Origin: Ginglymostoma cirratum
Lineage: Eukaryota
Length of the DNA stretch: 64,000 bases
NCBI GenBank assembly: GCA_024137785.1
Contig: JAHRHZ010000087.1
Coordinates: 17,860,258 to 17,924,257 of the forward strand
Direction: 5' to 3'
Part shown: piece by piece, positions 22,690 through 35,599 of the stretch
How the letters are laid out: every line of letters begins with the position of its first letter
Numbering within the stretch: the stretch's first letter is position 1
Program-made: the position numbers and the translations under genes
Notes under the pieces: generated by a model
What the model was told of the DNA's origin: nothing
The model's database searches: none
The model's input: the letters and a program-made list of their open reading frames with translations, nothing else

Positions 22690-24760
22690 GTCTTCTCCTG
22701 ATGTCCATCCTGCTAGCATTTCCCGACATCCCACCATACACTCCATGGGCAATGATTGTCTGCATCCAGGTTGGTATTGGCAAAGCAGCAGGCTTGTCAC
22801 ATCATTGTGGCACATCTTGAACTAACCTTCAGTACAATCCAGCAGTTGGGTGTTGCACTTTGGTGCTCACTGACACCTCAAATTGCAGTGCTGCTGCTAA
22901 GCTGCATTGTGCACATGGACTGTCACCCAAGTCATGTGTTGGAACAGAACTCTTGGTGTTTAGTCATAAAAGCCTTGTGGTTAACTGCCCAAAACTCTAC
23001 TTTATTGTGAATGTGTGATCACATTGTAAATATATGTTCCATTTTCACTAGCTGCTGTGTGAGCAAATGTCATTTTGTCTACAGCTGCAAGCATGAAGGT
23101 AGCATGCCTATCCACCTTTAGTACCACACAATATCCTAAGGCTATCAGACCAATACCTAACCTTTCCAAAGCATCCCTACCAGCATGATTGTCAGGATTG
23201 GATGAGGGAGCATTGGATTTTGTGAAGTGTTCCATTTGTGTGTAACCTTAATGTTTATTAGGCTACATGAACAGCAGAGGAAGATCAAAGCATTAAACGG
23301 CATTTACAGTTGGGTTTATACAGTTGTTGCTGATCTTAGCAGCATCAGAACAGTTACAGTCCATAAAAGGTGACTTCCCACAATGGCGGTACTAACATGG
23401 CAGTACTTCCAGTGTTACTGTTGCTAATTCTGCTGCACTGTAGGATACTGAAGGTGCTGTACCATTGGAGAAACATATTCCTCATTGAAATGCTGTGGCT
23501 CTTATACATTCCTGTCATCTATCTCATCACGTTGTTGTTTCCTCCAATTCTTCAGAGCAGAAATTCTGAGGGTCAAGTGGTGTGTCCTCTGCCTGTATGG
23601 TACCAATATGAAGTCCCAGACATGACTGCAAGGAAACCTAATGTTCAGGGCCATTCTATCCACATTGATCCTGATGGAAAGAGATGATTCATTACAGAAA
23701 CACTGGATAGCATATTGGGTTTCCATCTCCACCTCTGATGGAATATGGTGCTATTGCTCCTCTCTCATCAGCACGTCATTCCACGGAAGATATGTGACTG
23801 TGGCTGTCCTGCATCTCCACCGTATCATGAGGGCACCTATGGCTGCAAGCTCTGCATTAGGGGTTGGCTTCACATCAGCTGGAGATTGATGTTGGTCCTG
23901 GGCTTGTGGATTCATATGCTACTCATCCTTATGTGTAGCAGCCCTTCATGTAACAGGCACAGGGATGATCACAGCTTTTGTGCCTGGATCCATTAAAGGT
24001 GGTTCCAATGTGGGCGAGATCAGAAGCAATGCAGCTTGTCAGTAACATGACCATTCAGCAGTTGCAGCATAGAAATAACATTTAACCAGGGACCTCAAAA
24101 ACATTGGGACAGCAATGTACATATGGGTAAGGCAAGGCAGAAATGCTATGAGTATCCAAGTAAATGGAAAATGATTGAACGCAAAAGAGCAAGCCATAAC
24201 CCTGAGATGCACTTGCTCCAATGCATTAGATGATGCATTTCCCTGCATGCAAAGTGGCTTGATGGCAGCAATGCAATGAAAGGTATTGGTGAGCTCCAAA
24301 GTGCAGTATTGAAGTGGTGAACTGCGTTATAAGTGAGTCGGAGCTGTGCCATGATTGTGTTGTTAGATTGGTGAGTGTCTCTTGCCAATCTACACTGCCC
24401 AGGGAACATGCCCTGAGATGTTGGGGAGTGCTGGGAGAAGGCTGGAGGAGCAAGTGGTGAGCTGGAATCGCCAGGTATCCACTCTGACTTTCCTGTTGGA
24501 AATTGTGGCCATCCAGTTACTCTCCTCTGCATGGGTGAAAAATAACCTACATATAAATAAGGCAAGATTAGGTAATGATGAGATATTAATGTATATAAAT
24601 AGGCCTCTTGCCACTCAGTAGTAAGATGCTCATCTCGCCAATGAACCCTAGGATAGAAAATCAGACTTTTCTTGATGTCCAGTGTCGAATTTTTCAAATG
24701 TCAACATATTTTCCCAACTGATTTCCCATTGTTCATGTTATTCATAGTTTGGGAAGATTC
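22690..24760. mobile_element. Possible decayed DNA-transposon-derived segment (unclassified)
   Basis: GC-richer, coding-like but stop-riddled 2 kb block. Only faint Harbinger-like phrases. Confidence 0.25.
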
Positions 24761-26989
24761 TTCCAAGTGTTTCAAATGAAACTGCTGTGACAACCAGTGA
24801 GTTGGGATCAGGGTGGGATTTGCATTCCAGTAAGGGTCTCAGCAAATCTCAGCAAGCCATTTCTGAACTGCAACAGAACACATAATTGAAAGTAACTTCT
24901 CCCGGTAAAAGCAAGGCGATTTCTCAAGCAAAGTGCAATGAACTGAGAAGTTACATAATACGAATCAATTATTTCTCCAGTGAATTGTAGTGTTTAGAGG
25001 ATAATTACAATCAAATTATGTGCATGTCATCAATTCCAGGCACTTTCAGCAATGTGATCTATTTGTGAGATTGATGGCTGAACTTCCAGTCATGTCCATT
25101 CTGTTTGGGAATAGTTCTGTCACTACATATAGCAATTAAACATGATAGCAGCCCAAACATAATTAAAATTGTTGAAGCTTGCAAAGCAGCTATCAAACTC
25201 GAAAGCTTACAAATTTTCATGACAGGCATGTAAAGTATGCAAACAACTGTCAGGTCAATTGAACTTCTATGTTTAAAGAAAGACATTAAGAACATGACAA
25301 CTTTTACAAACGAAATGAAACCATCACTCTGCAAAGTATCTCTTAATGGAGCAGCAAGAGCCCATTTTTGGTCAATATTTAGAATTTAGTGGTGTTGCGT
25401 TGCTATAGTTACAGTTGACACTTTCTGGGATCCCATCTTTGGTCAGTCTTTAGAATTAGCAGCACCCTGTTGCTATAATCACGAGTGATAAAAAATTCCA
25501 ACTGGTTTTAAAAACAATTTCTTAAGGAGAATATAGTTGGAAGTTTTCATTGTAAAGGCATATCGTATACAGGCATTATAAACATTTGAATAGGTAAAGA
25601 CAAACTATGAAAACCTGATGGAAGCAAATCTTTCCAAATAATGCCTCAATCTGTCTGCGTGGACTAGATAATGATGCATTTTAGTTTGTCCTGGAGTGTT
25701 ATTATTCATGATTTATCAACGTTTAGCCAAAGTAATTACTGGAAAATTAAAATTTTGGATTTATTCATATTAATGTGCGTTTCCATTTGTGCAGAGTCTT
25801 AAATTAGGACTTAAATGTTAAAATAGTTAATTATCTGCCCCATAGAAGGTGAGTGGAAGTAATGATTTTGCCTCTGTTTATAAATGATATATATCAACAA
25901 TTAATTAATGGATGGGTTTCAACCAAACCCTATACACAGATATGATATGGCATGAGGGAGAACCGTTTAGTTTTTGGTGAAAGTACAGATCAGTATCCTG
26001 GAACTTTTAAAAAGTATCTGTTAAGATTAGGAGATAGGCTGAATTGATTTGCTTTCAAGAATGCTAAGAGTTGTTTTATTTGGAATGATGCTGATTATCT
26101 CAACTGTTGTGGTACCATTAGTCACAGCTGCAAGCAGAAATTTCAGAGCAGGTTGTTGGATGTGAATTAGCCTGAAATTTCTTCAATGAGAGAGAAAGTC
26201 TTATTAAAAAAAAAGTTCTTTCTTTCCCTTTACTGTCAGAGATTTGCTGTGCAGTGTTTGTATACAATAGAAGGTTAAGGTGGTTCATGGACTGTCAGGC
26301 TACCTATATTTTCTGCAGTCTTAAGGTGTCTGTGTTTCCTATACTATAGGATATGTCAGGTTTTAGCCTCTTTTCTGGTTATTAGAAGGGGCTACTCCTA
26401 AATATTTGGTTGCACATTAGTCCTGATGCGAAGGTCAAAGACATCCTTATATTTCTGCACTGAGCCTGGCCAAGGTGTCCATCAACAGGTGCAAGCAGCA
26501 GGCTATGGAGGGAGTTCATAGACCCAACTGCCTGCTTCAATATTATGGCCACCTCCATGCCTGAGCACGCCTGGAAAAGGAAATTGTAGTGTCCACTAGT
26601 AGGTTTGAAGCCTTCTATGATCTGTGAACACTGTGGGTGCTATAGTGCCCTATCTCTGTTTGTAGATAAATTTGAATTTAAATTTAACATTTACTTAAAA
26701 ATTTGACAGATGTTTCCATACCCCTTTAAGCAGCTGCCACTAATTTAATTTGAATAAATTTTGTTCAATGAGATTTCTTTTCAGAGTATAAAAAGACATT
26801 TTTTCCAGCTTTGTAGTTACAGCGCATCAACCAGGCACCATAAGGAAAATCTGTGTAATTGTATTAATGTTGAATTAATACAATGTGTTGGGTTAAGTGC
26901 TCTACTGAGTGCCCTCTTCAAATGTTAATGAATTCAGGAGAAAGCTCCACCCAGAAAGTCTATACAATGTAAAACTTGTTACAATCAGC

Positions 26990-27765
26990 CAAAGGCTGAG
27001 TTGGCATATTGGAGGGGAACAATAAATTAGTTTGTCTATATTTACTTTTATTGAAAGGAGGCTCCCAAGATATGGAAAATGATCCAGATTTTCCAGGATC
27101 ATAGAATCATACAACACAGAAGAGGCCCTTCAGCCTATCAAGTCTGTACTGACAATCACACTGTTGATCTTAATCGCTAGGAGGGAGGGGTGAAAGGAGT
27201 TTGGTTAGTGAAGAGTCAATTTTCTCATATCCTTTGGGGGAGAGGTTTATCATGGAGCTTAGTTTCTGAGTGAACTGAAGCTCCATGACTGTGATGGGAG
27301 TGTTTTTGTTTTCATTTCAAGGCAATGTCTGTTGAACAGTTTCCCTTCTGTTCTGTAGATTATCTCCATGGCTGTGGAAAATTTGCTGATTATGAGGTAT
27401 CATTGTGCAACAAGGAGATTGGAGATGAGGTTTGGTGCAATGACGCAGCCCTGCTTGATACAATGAGTACAGAGATAGGGTTTATGGTTGTTTCATCATG
27501 AGGAACACTGCTCGCCTCATCATGGCAAAGGATGGTCACAAACTCCTAAAGGCAGCCAAATTTGTGGAACGTACTCCATAAGCCTGTGTGGCTTTGAGAT
27601 CAAAAAAGACCATGTGGTGCCAGTAGTGTTTCTTGCACTTCTTTTGAATTTCCCAAACAACGCAGTTTGCATCTGTGATGCTTCTCAAGGGGTGAAAACT
27701 GCATTGCAAATCTAGAAGGAGCTCCTTATTTCTTGGAAAGAGGAAACTCTTGTGCCTCAAGAGGC
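26990..27765 (-). mobile_element. RTE LINE RT fragment with a short CR1 tail inserted at about 27098-27150
   Basis: HMVFFDL, KQGCVIAP and ILENLDHFPYLGSLL on the minus strand. Confidence 0.75.
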
Positions 27766-28379
27766 ATTTCAGCTTTTATTTCAAATCTTCAGCATCTGCA
27801 GTTGTTCATTTTATTTTAGTTCCACGGATATTCCTATCTTGTATGTGTGTGTGTGTGCCAGATAAGATGTAAAGTACCTAATTTCAAATCAGCAACAAGA
27901 TTCCTTTAGTTACTGCAGTTGGACTGATCTCCCTGCTTGAATATAGTCACAATCAGAGCCTCCTTGATAGATACATAAATGTCAGAAGAAAGGACTATAA
28001 GGAAATGCAGATTGGATTAAATGAATACGGGTAGGCGAAGGTTATGTAGAACATTAACACTGGATTGGTTAGGTCAAATAATCTTCTTCTGTGCTGTAAA
28101 TTCTTGATAATTCTGTGTAATTACATGAAGTGAGTAACATCTTGCACAGACTACAGACTCATAGAATTCTCAATATAATGATTAAATTGGCAAATAATGC
28201 CAACAATGACTAGATGTGACTAAGGATTGTACCTTGAAGCATGGGGGGAAAAAAAAATGAAATGCAGGAACCATTTGTACATTCATCTTTTATAACCTAG
28301 TTTGTCATACATAAAACCTATAGTTGCAAATAAAGATTTTTATCATTTTCAACAAAGCAATGTGGTCAGGTTTTTGGTG

Positions 28380-28513
28380 TGGGGCTGGATGAACACAGCA
28401 AACCAAGCAGCATCAAAGGAGCAGGAAAGCTTGACGTTTCGGGCCTAGACCCTTCATCCAGCCCCACACCTTGTTATCTCGGATTCTCCAGCATCTGCAG
28501 TACCTTTTATCTC
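28380..28513. mobile_element. Fold-back PLE-terminus insertion (family A), 17-bp TSD
   Basis: TGGTCAGGTTTTTGGTG at 28363-28379 and 28514-28530. Inverted hammerhead segment joined to a forward 3' tail. 18-bp inverted repeat 28376-28393 / 28453-28470. Confidence 0.9.
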
Positions 28514-28870
28514 TGGTCAGGTTTTTGGTGAGCTAATGCACATCTGCACCGTTTATTATCTTACTGAATGGCAGACCAGGGTTGAAGAGCAGAATGGCCA
28601 ATTTCTGCTCCTCCATCCTATGTTTCCAAGGTCAGGATAATCATTAATGACCAAGGCATGGGAGCAATGTTAGAGTAAAGCCAGCGATTCTCAAATGGTA
28701 CACATAAAGCTTAATATATGCTTCACTGTCCTATTATTTGTGATAGTGCACATGTATGTTAAAAGAAGTTGGCTAGACAATATGTCAATCCTGCCGTTCA
28801 TGGTCATTTACAATTAGGCACTTTACATTTTAACTGGCACACAGACATACAAGGCAGGATTACCCATGGA

Positions 28871-29032
28871 ACTAAAACAAAACAAACAACTGCAGATGGC
28901 GGAAATTTGAAATAAAAACCAAAATCACTAGCTTGCTTCTCAAGAGTCATTGGACTCGAAACATTAATGCTGTTTCCTCTTCACAGATGCTCCAGACTGG
29001 CTGGGTTTCTCCAGTAATTTCTATTTTTATTT
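28871..29032. mobile_element. Decayed family-B mini-element with two oppositely oriented parts
   Basis: CTGCAGATGGCGGAAATTTGAAATAAAAAC (inverted tail) followed by GAGTC-ATTG-GACTC-GAAACATTAA...CACAGATGCT (stem II and GAAAC). Confidence 0.65.
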
Positions 29033-29159
29033 TTTTAAAATATATGAATCTGTCAATTTATGCATTTGCTAAAAAAAGTTTTATCTCAATTTGCAACTGA
29101 TGCTGTGGTAAATATTGTGACAAATTTCAACAGTAATGAATTGTTACAATCCTCATAGA

Positions 29160-29450
29160 GACTGAGGATGTTTTAGAAGACAGGAATTTAAGACAGGATG
29201 TGACGTTTTTTTCCTGTCAGAGGGTAGTGAATCTGTGGAATTCTGTACTGCAGTGGGTTGTTCAGAACGGATTGTTTAATATATTCAAGGCTGAGGTAGA
29301 CTGATTTTTAAACAGTACAGGAATCGAGAGTAATAGGGATAAGGCAGGAAAGTGGGTTTGAGGATTATCAGATCAGCCATGGATCTAATTGAAAGGCAGA
29401 GCAGACTTGATGGGGCTGAATGAGCATCCTCTGCTCTTAGTCTTATGGTC
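29160..29450 (+). mobile_element. CR1 LINE 3' end
   Basis: CAGAGGGTAGTGAATCTGTGGAATTC...ATATTCAAGGCTGAG...TCTTATGGTC. Confidence 0.75.
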
Positions 29451-30134
29451 CAACAAAGCTGCAAACAGAATGCAAATTAATTGACAGGATTTCACTTTAT
29501 AAAACCGGTGCTGTAATAACTGATTACATTCAACATAATTCAAAGTTTAACTGATATGATATTTCAAATAAACAGGTAAATTTAACTTGAAGTAGTTAAT
29601 ACAACAAAACTATGCTTTTCTGATACAAAGAAGGTGCTTTTAAAATCATATCTCCTCACCTGCAGTTATTAGGAACTGGCTTATCTCAACTAATTTTCCT
29701 TGACTTTAGTCAGAGGGTGGTAGACTTTATCATACATAATTTGGGCTTGCATTGTCCAACTAGCCCCACACCCAGAGGATGAAAGCCAGTTACTTGCTTC
29801 CTGACAGACTAAAATAAAGATATGTTTTTCACTAGATTTAGTTTTCCCAGACATTATAAACAGAAAATGTTCCCCATCAAAGGGAATCGGAGTTGGGTTC
29901 ATTGTACATTTGATATAGAAGGTTAGCTGTGACTATTTAAATTTTAACTATAAATTTTATATAATAAAACAGCAAGCAGTTTTGATGGTTGTACAAATGG
30001 TATGAATCTAAAAGCTAAATTATATCCTGGGAAGAAAAGATAACATTCTTATTTCTATGAGAGAATTCAAACTTCAAACCTGACGTAGTACAAACATAAG
30101 ACTTCCACAAAAAGCAAAGACATACATTAAACAA

Positions 30135-30225
30135 TAAGAGTCACTGGATTCAGAACACTGAATCTGCTTTCTCTTCATAGATGCAAACAGCCCTCCTGAG
30201 TTTCTCCAGCAATTTCTGTTTCTGT
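30135..30225 (+). mobile_element. Decayed family-B mini-element
   Basis: AAGAGTCACTGGATTC...CATAGATGC...CTGAGTTTCTCCAGCAATTTCTG. Confidence 0.55.
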
Positions 30226-30497
30226 TAAACATCAAAGTGATATTATCGAGAACCCCAAGAATGTGAGACTCGTTAGGTTCTGAATGAATCTCAGGTGGAG
30301 GTGATCAACACCAACACCTCTCTTCTAATGAACCTAATCGTTTCAGTTATGTTGAAGGATTTGTTACTAATCTTTTTTATAATTAAAAGATGGTGTGGAA
30401 GATGGTCGTTTGATCAATAAAAACCACCCTTAATCATATTAGGTGAGGAGGCCTAAAGTGTCTCTCACTTACACAATCTGTTCCCATTGTAATCAGG

Positions 30498-31975
30498 TTA
30501 TAGAGTAAAAAAGTCGTACAGCATGGAAACAGACCCTTCAGTCCAACTCGTCCATGCCAACCAAGTTTACCAAACTAAACGATCCCATTTACTTGCAATT
30601 GGCCCATATCCTTCGAAACCCTACCTATTCATGTGCCTGTCCAAATGTCTTTTAAATGTTGTAATTATAGTCACCTCTACCATTTCTTCTGGCAGTTCAT
30701 TGCACACACAAACTACCCTCTTGTGTGAAAATGTTGCCCCCTCAGGTCCCTTTTAAATCTTTCTCCTATCACCTTAAAAACAAGCCCTCTAGCTTTGAAC
30801 TCCCCTAACCTAGGGAAAAGACCTTTGCTATTCAACTTATCTATGCCCCTCACGATTTTATAAACCTCTGTAAGGTCACCCCTTAACCTCCTATGCTTCA
30901 GTGAAAAAAGTCCCAGCCTATCCATCCTCTCCTCATAACTCAAACCTGGTAACATCCTTATGAATGTTTTCCAAAACTCCTCCAATCTAATAATATTCTT
31001 CCTATAGCAAGGCGACCAGAACTGCACACTACTCCAGAAGAGGCCTCACCACTGTCCTGTACAACACAACATGATATCCCAACTCCGAGACTCAATGGTC
31101 TGAGCAATGAAGGCAAAGGTGTCAAATGCCTTCTTAGCCACCCTGTTTATCTGTGATGCCACTTTCAAAGAACTATATACCTGAACCCCTAGGTATCTCT
31201 GTTCAGCAACAGTCCCCGGAGCCCAACTATTAACTGTATAAGTGCTGTCCTTTGTCTTACTAAAATGCAATACCTTGCATATATCCAAATTAAACTCCAT
31301 CTATATCTCCTCAGCCCATTGGCCCAAGTTGATCAAGATCCCTTTGTAATCTTAGATGACCTTCTTCACTGTCAACCATACCACCAATGTTAGAGTTATT
31401 CGCAAACTTACTAACCATGCCTCCTAAATTCTCATCCAGATTGTTTATATAAATGACAAACAACAATTGATCCAGCACTGGTCCCTGTGGGGGACACCGC
31501 TGGTCACAGGCCTCCAGTCTGAAAAACAACCCTCCACCACTACCACTCTCTGTCTCCTACCATCAAGCCAATTCTGTATCAAATTGACAAACTCTCCCTG
31601 AATCCCATGTGATCTTTTACTAACCAATTTACCGTGTGGACCCTTGTCAAAGGCTTCACTAAAGTCCAGGTAGACAACGTCTACTGCTCTGGCCTCGTCA
31701 ATCTTCTTGGTCATGTCTTCAGAAAACTCAATCAAGTTTGTGAGACACGATTTTCCTCACACAAAATCATGCTGACTATCCCTAATCAGTCCTTGCCTCT
31801 CCAAATGCATGTAAATCCTATCTTTCAGAGTCCCCTTTCCAACCTACCCACCACTGATGTCAGACTCACAGGTCTGTAGTTCCAGGCTTCTCTTTACAGC
31901 CTTTCTTAAATAAAGGCACAACATTAACCACCCTTCAACCCTCTGGCACCTGACCCATGGTTATAGATGATGCAA
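30498..31975 (-). mobile_element. CR1 LINE with RT domain, 5'-truncated and frameshifted
   Basis: AVDVVYLDFSEAFDK, WLDGRRQRVVV, VTSGVP, PQGPVL, EFNLDICKVLHF, QFWSPCY and RRLRGDLTEVYK. Confidence 0.93.
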
Positions 31976-32068
31976 GTTGCCTGTTCAATGTCTAAGAAAT
32001 GTCCATTTATATTCATTCTTGAGAAACTAGGGCTTGTTAACAGTCCAAGTTAGTCAATTAGAAAACAA

Positions 32069-32205
32069 GAACATAAGAAATAGGAGCAGGAGTAGGCCAT
32101 CTGGCCCATCAAGCCTGCTGCACCATTCAATAAGATCATGGCTGATCTTTTTGTGGATTCAGTTTGACTTATCAACCCGCTCTCCATAAGCCTTAATTCC
32201 TTTAC
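32069..32205 (-). mobile_element. CR1 3' tail fragment
   Basis: AGAACATAAGAAATAGGAGCAGGAGTAGGCCAT...AAGATCATGGCTGATC. Confidence 0.75.
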
Positions 32206-32956
32206 TTCACTATTCCTTAATTTTGGGTAATGTTCTGCAACCAGTTAGATAAAAAGACTAGGGGCTTAGCATTCCTTTCTCAGTTTATGGTTTTATTAGC
32301 TGAATGGCAACGCATCCCAGTGCTATTCATCATCACAAAATTAGTGGCTTTTAGGTGTAAGTAATCTTTGTCAGCAATTTCATTTGATTTAAAGGGACCT
32401 TTTATTTCTGGACATCTTCATTCTTAGAAGAATGCTGCTTGCTGTAGGTTTTACTGAAAAGTAACTTTTCAATTAACTTCTTGTATTGATTCCATAAATT
32501 GTAGCTCTTCTTCCTTCAAACAAACACTTGTACAATTTCCCATACAAATGTGGCACCATATGCAATCTCGCATGCTTTCCAACTTTGCCTCTGATACATA
32601 GGATCTCTCACTTCCTATTCATTGCATTTAGTCCTCAAGTCACTTTCAAGGGGAGGCATATTCCAAGTGACACTGATACCCCAGCCTAATTTCTCCAGCT
32701 AGACTCCAATTAGTCTTGATGGCTTAGAATCCCTGGAAACTCCCTTTACAGACTTCTATCAATGGTCTGGTTGGTGCTAGAAAAATGAAACAGAAACATG
32801 AGCCTTGTCCAATCCATCAACTTTGCTATTCCCATCTTCAGCTCTGTAGATTTTAAGTATATCACATGTACAGCAACCCAGTCCCATCTCCATCCTCAGA
32901 CTTATTCCAGCTTTTCACTCGAATCTGTTTTGAAATGCAGTTTCATTTGATTTCTA

Positions 32957-33039
32957 GATAACAAGCGTGGGGCTGGATGAACACAGCAGGTCAAGCAGCA
33001 TCATAGGAGCAGGAAAACTTGACGTTTCGGGCCGAAACC
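32957..33039 (-). mobile_element. Family-A mini-insertion truncated within hammerhead stem II, 13-bp TSD
   Basis: CATTTGATTTCTA at 32944-32956 and 33040-33052. Ends in the palindrome GTTTCGGGCCGAAAC. Confidence 0.85.
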
Positions 33040-33481
33040 CATTTGATTTCTAATTTGATTCTTTTATTCTTACTTGCAACCTAATAGCAAACTATCCCAA
33101 CAGCAGCATACCCCTTTCCCCGAATAATCTCAGTTTCACTTGATTCTTCAAGAGACCATTGCGAAAGTAAATACAGGTTTTCCCTAAAGAACATAAGTTT
33201 TCACAACATGTGTGCAATCCAGAACGCTTCATATCACTTGATTTTTCTGACATTAAGATTGTAAAATACTGAGGAAATAAGTAGAAAGATATCAGCCCAA
33301 ATTTCATTGATCTTCACTGTGCTGGCAAAAGTAATGAGCACTTAGCAATTACAATCTGAATATAATTTCCACATAATCATTAACAAATAGTCATCATTAA
33401 AAGAACTTGTAATGCTAAGTAGAGTTTATAACATCCTCAGGAGGTTTCAAAGTGCTTCACAATCAGTTGATTATTTAAATT

Positions 33482-34660
33482 GGACGGAGGAGGGGTGGGG
33501 CTGAGGAAAGTAGATGGGGTGGTGATAGGTGAGCGTAGGTAGGGAGTGGTGGGGATTGGTCAGTGGGATGGGTGGGACGGATAGGTGGGAGAGAAGATGG
33601 ACAGGTTGTGTCAGGTCAAGGAGGCAGGGATGAGAGGGAGGGTTGGACATGGGATGAGGCCGGGGGTGGGGATATTTTAGAACTGGTAATTTTCATGTTT
33701 AGGCCATTGGGCTGTAGGCTCCTGAGGCGGAATATGAGGTTCTGATCCTCCAGTTTGCGGGTGATGTCATTGTGACACTTGAGGACGCCCAGGATGGACA
33801 TGTCACCCAGGGAGCGGGAGGGGGAGTTAAAATGGTCTGGAAGATGTTGTCGTTTGTTGCATACAGAGCTCAGATGCTCTACGAAACGGTCTCTGAGTCT
33901 ACACTTGGTCTCACTGATGTAGAGGAGGTCACATCAGGAGCAGTGGATACAGTCGACTAAGTTGGTGGATATACAGGTGAACCCCTTTCTAATGTGAATG
34001 GTTTGCTTTGAGCCTTGAATACAGGTGAGGGGGGAGGGGTAGGCGCAGGTGTAGCACTTCCTGCTGTTGCAGGGAAAGGTGCCGGGTGTGGTCAGGTTAG
34101 TGGGGAGTGTGGAGCGGATGAGGCAGTTACAGAGAGAGCGGTCCTATGAAAGGCAGAAAGGGCTGGGGAGGGAAATATCTCTTTGGTCGTGGGGTTGGAT
34201 TGTAGGTGGCTGAAGTGGTGGAGAATGATACGTTGGATGGGGAGGTTAGTGGGGTGATACGTGAGGTCAAGGGGGATTCTGTCTTTATTATTGTTGGAGG
34301 GAGGGGGTATGTGGGCAGAAATACAGGAAATACAAGAAGTGCGGTTGAGGGCATTTTTGATCACTGGAGGGGAAAGTTACAGTCTTTGAAATTGGAGGAC
34401 ACCTGGGATGTTCGGGAGTGGAATGCCCCATCTTGGGAGCAGACGCGGTGGAGGCAGAGGAGTTGGGACTATAGGAATCGCATTCTTGCCGGAGGGTGGG
34501 TTAGATGAGGTATAGTCCAGGTAGCTGTGGGAGTTGGTGGGCTTGAAATAGATGTCACTTGATGCAGTGACCAGAGATGGAGATGGAGAGATCCAGGAAG
34601 GAGAGCGAGGTATCGGAGATGGTCCACGTGAATTTGAGGTTGGGGTGAAAGGTGTTGGTA
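33482..34660 (-). mobile_element. Older Penelope-like element fragment (RT C-terminus and GIY-YIG)
   Basis: NNNKDRIPLDLTYHPTN, FPSPALSAF and RKLEDQNLIFRLRSLQPNGLN, collinear with 190-1240. Confidence 0.88.
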
Positions 34661-34669
34661 ACTATATCA

Positions 34670-35490
34670 AGTTGAGATCATTCAAAATTTTGCTGTCACA
34701 TGTTCTAATTCACACTAAGTTCTGTTCATCCATCACCCCTAGACTTGCTCATCTTAGCCTTTCTTTCTTTCTTTCTGTTGTTCTTTCTTTGCTTGTTTGT
34801 TTCTTTCTTTCCTGGTATTCTTTTGAAGAGAGGAGGATGCTTAGTGCAGAGTTTAACCTGTGACAGGAACTTGCCTGTGGGTCCTTTCAACATAGGGAGA
34901 CAATTCCACGATAGTTACTCTGTAGTTCTGGCTGCCTAGGAGCCCCTCCCTCTTTTACTGAATGTCATAGACATGTTGGAAATACTAGCAGGTTGAAGAC
35001 TAGTCTGTTTGAAGACGTCATGAACGTGCCTTACATAGCCTTCAAATCCCGAACCTGGAGATTCTGGCTCAGAGGCAGGGATGCTAGTATGACCATGAGA
35101 TGATTTACACATGGTGACCTACTCTGGTTCCCAGTTAAGGACACCTTTATTTTAAAATTGCTATCCTTGATTTCAAGTCTCTCCATAGCATTTCCCCTCC
35201 CTATCTCTGTGATCTCCTCTAGCCTCAAAACCCTCGCAGATGTCTGTCTTATTTATTTCTGGACCCTAAAGCATCCCAATTTTAATCAGTTCACCACAGT
35301 TGGCTGTATCTTCAGCTGCTTAGGCCTCAAGCTCTGGGATTCTGTCCATCTGTTTAAGATGCTGCCCGAAACCCAACTTATTGATCAACATTTTGGTTAA
35401 TTGTCCTGTTTGCCTTCTATGGATTGGTAACAAATTTTGCTTTATCACAGTGAGACACACAGGGATGTTTTGTTGCATTAAATATTATGT
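34670..35490 (+). mobile_element. L2-like LINE 3' end, interrupted (includes a SINE head fragment at about 35040-35100)
   Basis: CCATCACCCCT...CTCTGGTTCCCAGTT...TTTTAAAATT...CCCTATCTCTG...CTTCAGCTGC...CTCTGGGATTC, corresponding to the L2 'ITP.L..LHWLPV..RI.FKI' region. Confidence 0.6.
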
Positions 35491-35599
35491 CTTCTTGAGG
35501 GATAAATGTAGAACTTGTCATTCCACTTTGATTATTGTCTTAATCCTTTATTTCCACTTGAGCAGAGAATCCTGTTTTAATGGTGGTGGGATGAGGATT

